A DNA stretch of 64,000 nucleotides from Vicinamibacterales bacterium (GTDB lineage: Bacteria > Acidobacteriota > Vicinamibacteria > Vicinamibacterales > UBA8438). This document shows, in pieces, positions 25,364 through 35,026 of this stretch (positions are counted from its first letter, which is position 1; each line of letters begins with the position of its first letter). The position numbers were made by a program, and so were the translations under genes. The DNA lies in assembly GCA_965215895.1 (NCBI GenBank), contig OZ244130.1, forward strand, positions 416,157 through 480,156, in the 5' to 3' direction. A model generated the notes under the pieces. It worked only from the letters and a program-made list of their open reading frames with translations. It had not been told where the DNA came from and made no database searches.

Positions 25364-26932
25364 ATGAGAAGCGCATGCTGCGATAGAAGGCTCCACGTGG
25401 TTCGCGTCGCGGTTCTGGGGTGGGTGCTCACCGGCCTCGCGTCCGCCGCGGAACGGCCGCTCGCCGACGCGGCCCGGAATGCCGACTGGGGGGCGGTGCG
25501 CGCGCTGGTCGAGGAGGGTGCCGACGTCACCGCCCGCCAGGGGGACGGTGCGACCGCGCTGCACTGGGCCGCCTATTGGGATGACGTTCACGTCGCCGGC
25601 CTGCTGATCGACGCCGGCGCGAACGTCAACGCCGCCAACGATCTCGGCGTGACCCCCCTCTGGACGGCGGCCGAGAACGGCCGCGCACCGATAGTGCGGC
25701 GGCTGCTCGACGCGGGGGCGGACCCGAACGTGCCGCTGCTGTCAGGCGAGACGCCGCTGATGACCGCGGCGCGGGTCGGCGCGGCGGATGTCGCCGGCCT
25801 GCTGCTCGATGCCGGCGCGGACGTCGATGCGACGGGGGCGCGCAGCCAGACAGCGCTGATGTGGGCGGTCGCGCAGCGGCATCCCCGTGTCGTGGAGGCG
25901 CTGCTCGCCCACGGCGCGGCGGTCGACGCCCGGTCGGACGTCTGGACCGAGGTGGTCAAGACGACCCCCGAGCCGTGGAATCCGGAGTACGTGGCGGAGA
26001 TTCCGCAGGGCGGCTATACGCCGCTGCTCTTCGCGGCGCGGGTCGGCGACCTCGCCTCGGCGAAGCGGTTGGTCGCGGCCGGGGCCGACGTGAACGACCA
26101 GCCGCCCTACGGCACCAGCGCGACGGTCGTGGCCGCGCACAGCGGGCATGGCGACGTCGCCGCGTACCTGCTGGAGCAGGGCGCCGATCCGAACGCGGCC
26201 GGCGCCGGCTACACGGCGCTCCACGCCGCGATTCTGCACAAGGACGCGGGGCTGGTCCGCGCGCTGCTCGACCACGGCGCGGATCCCGATGCCCCGGTGC
26301 GATCCTCCACGCCGGTGCGCCGCGACGCCGTCGATTTCTACCTGCACCCGTCCTACGTCGGCGCCACTCCGTTCTGGCTGGCCGCGCGCTTCGGCGCGCC
26401 CGGCATCATGCACATGCTCGCCGAGCGGGGAGGCAATCCGCGGGTGGCCCACCACCCGACGTACTGGCCCGGCTCGCTCTCCGTGCGGGACGAACGGGCC
26501 CAGGTGCGCGAGGGCGCGACGACGGCGCTGATGGCGGCGGTCGGCCTCGGCGGACGCAATCCCCTCGTGGCGCTGAACCGGCTCGACCGCATCGCCGAGA
26601 GCGCGCCGGTCCGGAGCACGCGGCGCGAGCCCGACCCGGTGGCGCACGAGGCGGCCGTCCTCGAGGCGGCCCGGCTCGCGCTGGCCCTCGGGGTCGACGT
26701 CGACACCGCCAACGCCCGCGGCGACACCGCGCTGCACGCGGCCGCCGCGCGCGGCTATGATGCGGTCATCGAGCTGCTGGTGGCGCACGGCGCCGACCTG
26801 AGCCTGGTCAACAGCGACGGACAGACGCCGCTCGACGTCGCGTCGTCGGGGTCGCGGCGGCTCGGTATCGCGTGGGCGACGCCGAAGCAGAGCACCGTCG
26901 AGCTGCTGCGGTCGCTCGCGGCCAACGAGTGA
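25364..26932 (+). CDS. secreted ankyrin-repeat protein
   Basis: ATG at 25364 follows GGAGAAGGG, and a signal-like N-terminus is present. There are many G.TALHWAA....V..LL.AGA.VNA ankyrin units across ~520 aa. Confidence 0.8.
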   Translation: MRSACCDRRLHVVRVAVLGWVLTGLASAAERPLADAARNADWGAVRALVEEGADVTARQGDGATALHWAAYWDDVHVAGLLIDAGANVNAANDLGVTPLWTAAENGRAPIVRRLLDAGADPNVPLLSGETPLMTAARVGAADVAGLLLDAGADVDATGARSQTALMWAVAQRHPRVVEALLAHGAAVDARSDVWTEVVKTTPEPWNPEYVAEIPQGGYTPLLFAARVGDLASAKRLVAAGADVNDQPPYGTSATVVAAHSGHGDVAAYLLEQGADPNAAGAGYTALHAAILHKDAGLVRALLDHGADPDAPVRSSTPVRRDAVDFYLHPSYVGATPFWLAARFGAPGIMHMLAERGGNPRVAHHPTYWPGSLSVRDERAQVREGATTALMAAVGLGGRNPLVALNRLDRIAESAPVRSTRREPDPVAHEAAVLEAARLALALGVDVDTANARGDTALHAAAARGYDAVIELLVAHGADLSLVNSDGQTPLDVASSGSRRLGIAWATPKQSTVELLRSLAANE

Positions 26933-26942
26933 ACGGACGCGG

Positions 26943-27941
26943 ATGGCGGAGCTGAGAACCGGGACGGTCGTGCACAAGGCGATCGTCTCCGCGACCCTGA
27001 TGCGGTTCCGGCTGGCCCCCGCGGCCGGCGCCCGGTTTCCCGACTACGAGGCGGGGCAGTACATCGCGCTGCGGCGGGACGACTGCAAGCTGACCCGGAA
27101 GACCGGGGTCGGCCCCGACGGCAAGCCGACCTGCGAGCCCGAGTACGACCCCTGGGGGCGGCAGACCGTCGGTTCCGTCACCCAGCCCTATTCCATCGCC
27201 TCCGCCCCCGCCGACACCGCCGAGCATGGCTGGCTCGAGTTCCTCGTGGGGCTCGAGCACGGCGTCCACGGGCTGTCGGGTCGTCTGAGCGAGGTGCTGT
27301 TCGGGACGAGCGAGGAGACCGGCGGCGAGGTCAGGTATCAGGACCGCATCGCCGGCGGCTTCACCCTGTCCGCGCGGGCGCGGGACGCCGCGAGCGTCCT
27401 GATGGTCGGCACCGGCACCGGCGTGGCGCCGTTCATCTCGATGGTCAGGGAGCTTCGGGCGCGGGACGGCGGCGGCGACGACCGGCGCTTTACGCTTATC
27501 CACACCGCCCGCACCGAGGCCGAGCTGGCCTATCACGCCGAGCTCTTCGAGATCGAGGCGGCCGGCCGGTTCGACTTCCTGTACCTGCCGACGGTCAGCC
27601 GGCCCCCGCAGGGCGCAGACCCGGCGCGAGACGCCGGCAGGGACCCCCGCATAGGCCGCGGGCGGGCCAGCAACGTGGTCCGCCACGTCTATGGCCTGCC
27701 CACCGCGGAGGAAGAGAAGCAGACCCGCGCGATCAGCGACGTCACGAAAGTGGCGGCAGAGCTGGGCCTCGAGCGGCTGGTTCGTCCCGTGCTTCCCGCC
27801 CACGTGAACGCGGCCGAGCTCGGCGCCCGGGCCGCCGCGGGCGATACGGTGCTGCTCGCCTGCGGCAATCCCGCCGCGGTCGCCGACATCGAGTCGACCG
27901 CGAAACGCCGTCAGGTACGGTTCGAGCGGGATACGGGGTGA
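26943..27941 (+). CDS. ferredoxin-NADP+ reductase-like flavoprotein (FAD_binding_6 + NAD_binding_1)
   Basis: The start lies 10 nt after the ankyrin stop. FAD motif QPYSIAS (RxYS-like) and NAD(P) motif LMVGTGTGVAPFISM. No signal peptide. Confidence 0.75.
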   Translation: MAELRTGTVVHKAIVSATLMRFRLAPAAGARFPDYEAGQYIALRRDDCKLTRKTGVGPDGKPTCEPEYDPWGRQTVGSVTQPYSIASAPADTAEHGWLEFLVGLEHGVHGLSGRLSEVLFGTSEETGGEVRYQDRIAGGFTLSARARDAASVLMVGTGTGVAPFISMVRELRARDGGGDDRRFTLIHTARTEAELAYHAELFEIEAAGRFDFLYLPTVSRPPQGADPARDAGRDPRIGRGRASNVVRHVYGLPTAEEEKQTRAISDVTKVAAELGLERLVRPVLPAHVNAAELGARAAAGDTVLLACGNPAAVADIESTAKRRQVRFERDTG

Positions 27942-28046
27942 GCGCGGCGCCGGACCGCCCGCCGCCCGGTCGACGCGGCCGTGACCTGAACGCGGCTCGA
28001 CGGGACTCCCGTCGGGTGCGGGGCGGACCGGGGACGCCGCACGCGA

Positions 28047-28487
28047 CTACTCCGCGGGCTCGACGAACACAACCGCGTCGTCGATGCGCAGGCCGTGCGC
28101 CAGCGTCTTGTGCACCGGACACCGTTGCGCCACCTGGGTGAGCCGTGCGCGCTGGGCCGCGGTGAGATCGCCGTGGATGGTGACTGCGCTGCGCACCCGT
28201 TCGAGCAGGCCGTCGGCCCGATCGTCGCAGTCGACGCAGTCGTCCGCGTGCACGCGGTCGAACTCCAGGGTCACCTCGACCCCGGCCAGGGGTATCTGCC
28301 GGTGGGTCGCATACAGCCGCAGGGTCATCGCGGTGCACGCGGCGAGGCTGCCGAGCAGGAACTCGTAGGGGGTGGGACCCGAGTCGGCGCCCCCGGCCGG
28401 TTTCGGCTCGTCGCTGCGCCAGAGAAAGCGGCCGGCGCGAATGTCGACCGCGGTCCCGTGCTTCAGCGATGCCTTGACGGTAGCCAC
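28047..28487 (-). CDS. OsmC family peroxiredoxin-like protein
   Basis: The sequence GPTPYEFLLGSLAACTAMTLRLYA....V.L.......C.. and the C-terminal RCPVHKTL are OsmC/Ohr-fold hallmarks. The GTG 28487 start is chosen over the longer ORF and is uncertain. Confidence 0.75.
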   Translation of the reverse strand: MATVKASLKHGTAVDIRAGRFLWRSDEPKPAGGADSGPTPYEFLLGSLAACTAMTLRLYATHRQIPLAGVEVTLEFDRVHADDCVDCDDRADGLLERVRSAVTIHGDLTAAQRARLTQVAQRCPVHKTLAHGLRIDDAVVFVEPAE

Positions 28488-28738
28488 GCGCCTGTCCTCG
28501 TTCCTCTCCGCCCGGCGACCCGACTGCCCGCCGGTGCGTCCCGGTCCGCACCGCACTACGGCGGCGGAAACCTGGCGCGGACAGTGTCGCCTTGCGGCTT
28601 CGCTGCCCGCCCAACCCCATCCGGCAGGAGCCGGCGCCTCCCTGCCGGAGGCGACGCCATTCTATGGCGCAGACTCCCGGTGCAGTATAGCCGGCTCGAC
28701 GACGGGGCGGCCGCGTCGTCGAGCCGGCTTCGTGTTCC

Positions 28739-29794
28739 TCAGGCGCCGGGGCGCTGGCCGGCTTCTTCCGGGAGCTCCGGCCGGTTTCTCGGCAGGCTGA
28801 TGTTCACCGCCGTCGTTTCGCCGCTTCGCACCGTGACGTCCGTCACATACCCCTCGTGACCCTCGCGCCAGACCTCGATGCGGTGCCGGCCGACGCCGAG
28901 CTCCAGCTCCAGGCGCGAGCCGTCCGGGCTCTGCCATTCTTCGCCGTCGACGAAGATCGCCGCGTCGGTCGGCTGCACCCGCACCACGATCCGTCCGAAC
29001 CCGGTGACGGAGGTCTCGCGCCACGGCGGCAGTCGGTCCGTGTCCGGCCGCGCGAACGGCGCCGCCACCGGGGCCGGCTCGACCTCCGGCTCGGCCGGTG
29101 GCGTGGGCGGCGGTGGCGTCGTCTCGCCCGGTCCGAGGCGTTCCATCTCGTGCTGGATGCGATAGCTCTGCCCGATCGTCAGGTACACCTGCTCCTGTAT
29201 GCTGCGGTACCCCTCGAGGCGCAGCTCGATGTCGTGTTGGCCGGGCGGCAGGCTCAACCGCTGGAAGAACCCGTCGTAGCTGTCCACGACGCCGGCGTAG
29301 TACCCGTCGACGTAGACCTCGGTCTCCACCGGCTTGACCTGCAGGCGGACGGAACCGCGCTCGCGGTAGTAGTAGCCGCCGTAGAACGGATAGGGTCCCC
29401 AGGGGCCGAACGAGTACGGACCCCATTGGGGAGCGTAGAAATACGTTGGATGGTAGACGGGCGAGTAGTACCCGTACCCGGGACCGTACCAGGCGCGGGT
29501 CTGAAGCACGGGGCGCGCGCGGCGTACCGCCCCTCGTGCCCGTGCGCCGGCCGCCCGCCGCTGGGCGCCCGCTTCCTGCGGCGCACCGGCCGCCCGCTGA
29601 ACGCCCGCCGCCCGGGGTGCGCCGGCCGTCGGCTGAGCGCCCGCCGACTGCGGTGCGCCAGTCGCCCGCCGCTCTGCGCCGGCGGCCTGTGATGCACCGG
29701 CCGCCGGCTGAGCTTCCGCCGCCACTGGCGAAGCGAGCAGGGTCACGACGCCGATCGTGCATAGCCACGAGGTGGATTTCTTCGACACAGTCAC
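28739..29794 (-). CDS. PEGA domain-containing secreted protein
   Basis: GTG lies 7 nt after AAGGAGG, and a signal peptide is present. An Ala/Gly/Gln-rich tether and a Tyr/Gly/Pro-rich segment follow. There are two PEGA-like units (VKPVETEVYVDGYYAGV...HDIELRLEGY; VQPTDAAIFVDGEEW...HRIEVWREGH). Confidence 0.75.
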   Translation of the reverse strand: MTVSKKSTSWLCTIGVVTLLASPVAAEAQPAAGASQAAGAERRATGAPQSAGAQPTAGAPRAAGVQRAAGAPQEAGAQRRAAGARARGAVRRARPVLQTRAWYGPGYGYYSPVYHPTYFYAPQWGPYSFGPWGPYPFYGGYYYRERGSVRLQVKPVETEVYVDGYYAGVVDSYDGFFQRLSLPPGQHDIELRLEGYRSIQEQVYLTIGQSYRIQHEMERLGPGETTPPPPTPPAEPEVEPAPVAAPFARPDTDRLPPWRETSVTGFGRIVVRVQPTDAAIFVDGEEWQSPDGSRLELELGVGRHRIEVWREGHEGYVTDVTVRSGETTAVNISLPRNRPELPEEAGQRPGA

Positions 29795-30083
29795 CGGTCA
29801 TCCTCCTTCGATTGCCGGACGGTAACTGGCTGATGCAAGGCGTGTTCCAGCGATGTCGACGCCGATCTGCCCGGTTCTTCGGGGTCGACCGCTGCGCGCG
29901 TGTCGCTTTCCGGTCAGGTCGGTGTCACGTGTCGAGGACACCAGCCGCCCTCTCTGGCCTGCGGTGAGAGTCCTCGCTCATGCGAGCGGCGATTGATCCT
30001 GCCTGACTCCCTGTTCGTCGCTGCGTTCGGTCTGCGGTTGCACGCGCCCGATATGTACGCCCTCTCGCGCGGCGGGCTCCCCT

Positions 30084-30216
30084 CAGCCCGCCGGCGCCCC
30101 TACAGCCCGCCGGCGCCCCTACAGCCCGCCGGCGCCCCTACAGCCCGCCGGCGCCCCTACAGCCCGCCGGCGCCCCTACAGCCCGCCGGCGCCCCTACAG
30201 CCCGCCGGCGCCCTCG
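30084..30216. repeat. 19-bp tandem repeat, 6 perfect copies plus 1 degenerate (unit CAGCCCGCCGGCGCCCCTA)
   Basis: Units start at 30084, 30103, 30122, 30141, 30160, 30179 and 30198. The array is intergenic (permease stop 30242, PEGA start 29794). A related single copy CAGCCCGCCGGCGCCCCTCGCC lies at 36431-36452. Confidence 0.9.
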
Positions 30217-30241
30217 CCGCTCTCCCAGCAACCGCGGGCTG

Positions 30242-31495
30242 CTACGCGGCGTCGTCCTGGATGGCGCCGAATATCGATCCCGGCACCGCCGGACGGAGAC
30301 TGGCCAGAATACGGACCGCGAAATCGGCCAGGGTCAGCCGCGTCAGGAGATACGCTCCCAGCCCCGCGACGAGCGTTGCGGCGATGACCGCCGCGGCCGA
30401 GCGGAAGAGCACGTACTGGATTCCAATCGCGCCGGCCAGTCCCACCAGGTAGAGAATCATCACTCCGAACAGCATCGCGCTGCGCGTCGGCGGCGTCTGC
30501 TTGCCGAACGGGACGCCGTCGACCAGTTTCAGGCTCGCCCCCAGATACAGGAAGGCGACGGCGGTGCTGAAGGCGACGAACAGGACCGCATCGCGTACGC
30601 CCCACGACCACGCCAGCACGAGCAGCCAGCCGGCGTGCGGCACGACGACCAGCAGGAGCCAGAGCCAGGCATGGATCCCCCGCGCGAACGGACGGCTGGC
30701 GGAATCCGGGGCGACGGCGAAGCACCAGATGCCCTTGTGGTCGTTGCCGTACGCGAGGAACGAGCAGACGAAGATAGCGGTGATCCCGAACAGATGGGGC
30801 AGGAAGTGCGCAAACGCGAAGTCCGGACCGAACGGAGACACGTCCCGCCCGACGGCCAACACGGCAATGAAGCCGACGATCGGCCCCGGCAGGGTCTGGG
30901 CCATGTTGCGCCGGAACTGCCAGTCGCGGACCATCACCGCGCGCAGATACTCGAAGCCCGCGCGTCCCGCCTGGCCGCCGGCCGGTCCCGCCATCCAGGG
31001 GCCGGGGTTCGCCCATCTCCACCGCCTTCGCCGCCTCCCCCCGCCGGCGCTCATCAGGCCGGCGACCCGGATCAGGTGATCCCGCGAGAACGCGCGCAGT
31101 CCGAAGACGACGGCGACCGCCGCGACGACCACGCTCGCGGCGCCGAGCATCGTCGCGGGTCCACCCGGCACCGACTCGCCGCCGGCGAGCCAACTTGCCG
31201 GCACCTCGATCGAGGCCGCCCAGCCCGAGACCGTCTCCCGGATCAGATCCCGGGTATTGAACCCCATCATCGCCAGCATCGGGAGGACCTGCACCATGGC
31301 CGCGGCCGCCTTGAGGCGCCGGACCGGCACGATGCGAACCAGCCACCCGAACACGCTGCAGCAGAGCAGGGCGAAGACCAGGCCGACGCCCAGCGCGACG
31401 AGAAAGTGGAGGAGAGGGTAGACGAGGCGCAGAGCCGCGTCGCCGTGCGGCAGGGTCAGGCCAACGAACGCCGGCACCGCGTTCAACCCCGTCAC
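30242..31495 (-). CDS. polytopic membrane protein, putative ABC-exporter permease (N-terminus possibly truncated)
   Basis: About 10 hydrophobic helices, positioned directly after an ABC ATPase remnant. The reading frame continues upstream of GTG 31495 (..STKIVAYAV) into the ATPase remnant, suggesting a deletion junction. Confidence 0.55.
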   Translation of the reverse strand: MTGLNAVPAFVGLTLPHGDAALRLVYPLLHFLVALGVGLVFALLCCSVFGWLVRIVPVRRLKAAAAMVQVLPMLAMMGFNTRDLIRETVSGWAASIEVPASWLAGGESVPGGPATMLGAASVVVAAVAVVFGLRAFSRDHLIRVAGLMSAGGGRRRRRWRWANPGPWMAGPAGGQAGRAGFEYLRAVMVRDWQFRRNMAQTLPGPIVGFIAVLAVGRDVSPFGPDFAFAHFLPHLFGITAIFVCSFLAYGNDHKGIWCFAVAPDSASRPFARGIHAWLWLLLVVVPHAGWLLVLAWSWGVRDAVLFVAFSTAVAFLYLGASLKLVDGVPFGKQTPPTRSAMLFGVMILYLVGLAGAIGIQYVLFRSAAAVIAATLVAGLGAYLLTRLTLADFAVRILASLRPAVPGSIFGAIQDDAA

Positions 31496-31510
31496 CGCAT
31501 AGGCGACGAT

Positions 31511-31805
31511 CTTCGTCGAGCCCCGACAGAGGCTCGTCGAGCGCCGCCGCCTCCGGCACGTAGCCGATGCGCTTCTTGGCTTCGACCGCCTCCTCGGGCA
31601 GGGCGTGCCCGGCGACCCGGACGGATCCGCCGCCCGGCGGGAGCACGCCGGTCAGGACCTTGATGGTGGTGCTCTTGCCGGCCCCGTTCGGTCCGAGCAG
31701 TCCGACCACCTCGCCTCGCCGCAGCGTGAACGAGACCCCGTGGAGAACCCGGCCCATCCCGTAGCTGAACGACAGGCCGTCGACGACCACCACCGCATCG
31801 TGCAT
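31511..31805 (-). pseudogene. ABC transporter ATP-binding protein remnant (internal and 3' deletions)
   Basis: The sequence runs from Walker A ([16 protein letters not shown]...[17 protein letters not shown]...[11 protein letters not shown]) straight into Walker B/D-loop (DEPLSGLD). The Q-loop/LSGGQ segment (~65 aa) and everything after the D-loop are missing. Confidence 0.65.
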
Positions 31806-31826
31806 TTTGCCACGGGCTCCTCGGGA

Positions 31827-32876
31827 CTAGACCGGCGGGGCGGGTGGCGCGGCCGGCCGCCGGGTGCCCCGCTGCTGGCGGGCGAACGCGCGGAGGTCGG
31901 CGACGTGATCGAATTCGTCCATGATCTCCCGCCCGAGAATCTCTTCGAGGACGTCTTCGAGGGTCACGATGCCGCTGACGCTCCCGAACTCGTCGGTGAC
32001 GACCATCAGGTGCTGCCGCTGCTCGAGGAAGCCGCGCAGCAGGTGGTCCAGCTTGTCCGTCTCGACGACGAAGTGGACCTTGCGCATCAACTGGTCGAGG
32101 GTGGTGTCGAACTCGTCCTGCGCCGCAGCGCGCAGGATGTCATGCCGGTGGACGAGGCCCACGATGTCGTCCGTGTCTTCGTCGTAGACCGGCACCCGGC
32201 TGTGGCGCAACAGATGCTTGTCGGCCGCGGCCTCGGCGATCCCGGTCGTCGTGGGCAGCGTGAAGAGCACCGTCCGCGGGGTCATGATCTCCGCCGCGGT
32301 CTTCGCCTCCAGGGCCAGCACGTTGCTGATGACGTCGGCTTCGTGCGGCTTCAGGTCGCCCGAGCTCAGGCCCCGCCGGACCATCAGCAGCAGCTCCTCG
32401 TCCGCGACCCGGTCGGCCGCCTTGCCGGCGGCCATCAGGCGCGTCACGCGGCGGCTGAGCCAGATGATGGGCGCGAACGCGACCACCAGCATCTGCAGGG
32501 GGGCGGCGATGGGGCCGGCCAGTTGCCGCGCGTAGACGACTCCCGCGGTTTTGGGAATGATCTCCGACACCACCAGAATGGCCAGGGTGAAGGCCGCGGA
32601 AAAGTAGCCGATCCACACCGATTCCAGCACACTCGAGGCGATGGCGCCGGCGAGCGCTGCGCCCCCGGTGTTGGCGACGGTGTTCAGGGACAGGATGGCC
32701 GCGATCGGCCGATCGACGTGGGACCGAAGCCGCCGCAGCACCGGTCCGGCGGGCTGGCCGGCGCGTTCGAGGGTGTCGATATGCGCGAGCGGCACCGAGT
32801 ACAGCACCGCCTCGAACAGGGAGCAGGCCGCCGAGGTCAGCACGACGATGCCGACGACGAGTGCGAGTTCGAGCAT
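31827..32876 (-). CDS. CNNM/DUF21 + CBS-pair domain protein (CorB/TlyC-like divalent cation efflux family)
   Basis: N-terminal DUF21 helices (..SEIIPKT..) are followed by two CBS motifs (TPRTVLFTL..., VPVYDEDTDDIVGLV..., MVVTDEFGSVSGIVTLEDVLEEI). There is no CorC_HlyC tail. Confidence 0.85.
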   Translation of the reverse strand: MLELALVVGIVVLTSAACSLFEAVLYSVPLAHIDTLERAGQPAGPVLRRLRSHVDRPIAAILSLNTVANTGGAALAGAIASSVLESVWIGYFSAAFTLAILVVSEIIPKTAGVVYARQLAGPIAAPLQMLVVAFAPIIWLSRRVTRLMAAGKAADRVADEELLLMVRRGLSSGDLKPHEADVISNVLALEAKTAAEIMTPRTVLFTLPTTTGIAEAAADKHLLRHSRVPVYDEDTDDIVGLVHRHDILRAAAQDEFDTTLDQLMRKVHFVVETDKLDHLLRGFLEQRQHLMVVTDEFGSVSGIVTLEDVLEEILGREIMDEFDHVADLRAFARQQRGTRRPAAPPAPPV

Positions 32877-33021
32877 GCCGTATGGTCGGGCTTCCCTCGG
32901 CCGGATGCAACCGCCTTCGCGATCGAACCGGTCTCCGAGGCCTGCTCGGGTCCCGGTTCCGTCGTCGCGCGGCGCCGGCCGGGAAGCCGCCCTGGGGCGC
33001 CTCTCCCGGCCGGCCGTGCGA

Positions 33022-33954
33022 TTATCGCGGCGTCTCGAGGAAGCGCAGCAGCTCGCTGTCGGTTCCCAGAATCAGGAACGTGCCGGGATCCATCGTGCGC
33101 TCGTAGGTTTCGAGCGATTTGGTGAACGCGTAGAACCCGGTATCCCGGTTGTAGGCGTCGGCGTAGATGTCGATCGCCTCGGCGTCGGCGGTGCCGCGAA
33201 TCTCCTCCGCCGTGCGGAATGCCTCCGACTGGATTCGCGCCAGGTCCCGTTCGCGCTCACCCTGGATGCGGGCCGACTCGCCCTGGCCCTCCGAGCGGAA
33301 CTCCGCGGCGATGCGCTGCCGCTCGGCGATCATCCGGGAGAAGACGTCCTGCTGGACGTCGGTGATGTAGTTGATTCGCTTGAACTGCAGGTCGAGCAGC
33401 TCGATGCCCAGCTCGCCGACCGCGGCGGCCGCCGCCTCGAGAATTTCGCGGGTGATCTGCTCGCGGCCGGTCATGATCGGAGCGAGTACTTCCGGTTCCT
33501 CCATCCCGGTGGCGGTCGCGTCCGTCGGCTCGCGATTGCTGGTGCGGACGATCTCGATCAGATCGTGCCGCGCGACGGCGTTGCGCGTCTCGCCGTCGAG
33601 AATGTCGTCGAGCCGCGACTGGGCCCCCCGCTCGTCACGCAGACGCTGGAAGAACAGCAGCGGATCGGTGATGCGCCACCGCGCGTAGGTGTCCACCCAG
33701 ATGAACCGCCGGTCCCGGGTCGGGACCTGGTTGGGGAACCCGTCCCACTCCAGGAACCGTTTCTCGAACATGTTGGCGGTCTGGATGAACGGGATCTTGA
33801 AGTGGAGCCCCGGTTCGGTGATCGGCTCCCCGACCGGCTCGCCCAACTGGGTGATGACCGCCTGGTTGAACTCGCTGACGATATAGACGGAGCTCCCCGC
33901 CAGGAACAGGCCGACCAGCAACACCGCCACCAGCGTCGGTCGCATCGGTCTCAT
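33022..33954 (-). CDS. hflC: protease modulator HflC (SPFH/band-7)
   Basis: N-terminal TM. Motifs seen: EPGLHFKIPFIQ, IELLDLQFKRINY and AERQRIAAEFRSEGQGE. The ATG overlaps the hflK stop (ATGA). Confidence 0.85.
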   Translation of the reverse strand: MRPMRPTLVAVLLVGLFLAGSSVYIVSEFNQAVITQLGEPVGEPITEPGLHFKIPFIQTANMFEKRFLEWDGFPNQVPTRDRRFIWVDTYARWRITDPLLFFQRLRDERGAQSRLDDILDGETRNAVARHDLIEIVRTSNREPTDATATGMEEPEVLAPIMTGREQITREILEAAAAAVGELGIELLDLQFKRINYITDVQQDVFSRMIAERQRIAAEFRSEGQGESARIQGERERDLARIQSEAFRTAEEIRGTADAEAIDIYADAYNRDTGFYAFTKSLETYERTMDPGTFLILGTDSELLRFLETPR

Positions 33955-34985
33955 TGCTCACCTCCCGTCCGCGTCGTGGTGCCGAGCAGGGGAGCGGTGG
34001 CCGCGCGGGCGCCGGCGTCCAGCGACAGCAGGGGCAGCACCCCGGTCGTGCCTTCGGCCACGAACACCTTGCGTCCGACCGCCGGCAGAATGCGTTGCAT
34101 CGTTTCCAGATACATCCGCTGCCGGGTCACATTGGGCGCCGCCCGATACGCCTCCTCGATGGAGGCGAACCGGGTGGCTTCGCCGCTCGCGCGGTTCACC
34201 CGGTCCAGCGCATAGCCTTCGGACTGCAGGATGGTCTGTTCCGCTTCACCCCGGGCGCGCGGAATGACCGCGTTGTATTCGGCCAGCGCCTCGTTGATGA
34301 GCTGGTCACGCTGCTGTTGCGCCTGACTGACCTCGTCCCAGGACGGCTTGACGGGGTCCGGCGGATTGACGTCCTGCAGGACCACCTGATCGATGGTGAT
34401 GCCCATCTGATACTGCTCGGTCATTGCCTGCAGACGCGCCTCGACCGAGGTCTCGATCTCCTGCCGGCCCACGGTGACGACCTCCGTGACCGTCCGATCG
34501 CCGACCGTCTCCCGCATGACCGCTTCGTTCATCGCTCGGAACGTGTCCTCGAGATTGCGCACCTTGAACAGATACTCGTAGGGATCGTCCACGCGGTACT
34601 GGACGATCCATTCCACGACCGCGACGTTCAGATCGCCGGTCAGCATCACCGACTCGTCGGCGAGCTGCTGCGGCTGGCCGCCGAACGCGGTACGGACGCC
34701 GGCCTCGGTGGTGCGGAAGCCGAACTCCTGCTTCAACTGCCGCTGAACCGGCACCCGCTGCATCTGCTCGACGAACGGAATCTTGAAGTGCAGGCCCGGG
34801 TCGGTGGTGCGGACGTACCGTCCGAACCGGAGCACGACCCCGACCTCCTCCGGCTCGATCTGGTAGGCCGTTCCGGCCGCGGTGACGAGGACGGCGAGGG
34901 CCAGGATTCCGGCGCCCACTCTCCGCCACGGGATCCTGGGCACCTTGAAACTGCCTGCGTCGACGACGCGGAAGTTGTCGTTCAT
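33951..34985 (-). CDS. hflK: protease modulator HflK (SPFH/band-7)
   Basis: Motifs seen: EVGVVLRFGRY....PGLHFKIPF, TGDLNVAVVEWIVQYRV.DP..YLF and ITIDQVVLQDV.PP..V. It lies immediately upstream of hflC. Confidence 0.85.
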   Translation of the reverse strand: MNDNFRVVDAGSFKVPRIPWRRVGAGILALAVLVTAAGTAYQIEPEEVGVVLRFGRYVRTTDPGLHFKIPFVEQMQRVPVQRQLKQEFGFRTTEAGVRTAFGGQPQQLADESVMLTGDLNVAVVEWIVQYRVDDPYEYLFKVRNLEDTFRAMNEAVMRETVGDRTVTEVVTVGRQEIETSVEARLQAMTEQYQMGITIDQVVLQDVNPPDPVKPSWDEVSQAQQQRDQLINEALAEYNAVIPRARGEAEQTILQSEGYALDRVNRASGEATRFASIEEAYRAAPNVTRQRMYLETMQRILPAVGRKVFVAEGTTGVLPLLSLDAGARAATAPLLGTTTRTGGEQ

Positions 34986-35026
34986 GCGGCTTTCTCCTTC
35001 TGTACACCCGAGTTACCGCGGCGCCA

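Noticed and set aside
30084-30216. Possible CRISPR array
   Set aside because: The units are directly abutting 19-mers with no spacers, and no cas genes are nearby. It is a tandem repeat, not a CRISPR.
29900-31663. 587-aa plus-strand ORF running through the 19-bp tandem repeat
   Set aside because: Its 19-aa periodic peptide ([19 protein letters not shown]) is simply the repeat read in three phases. The rest is antisense to the membrane-protein gene.
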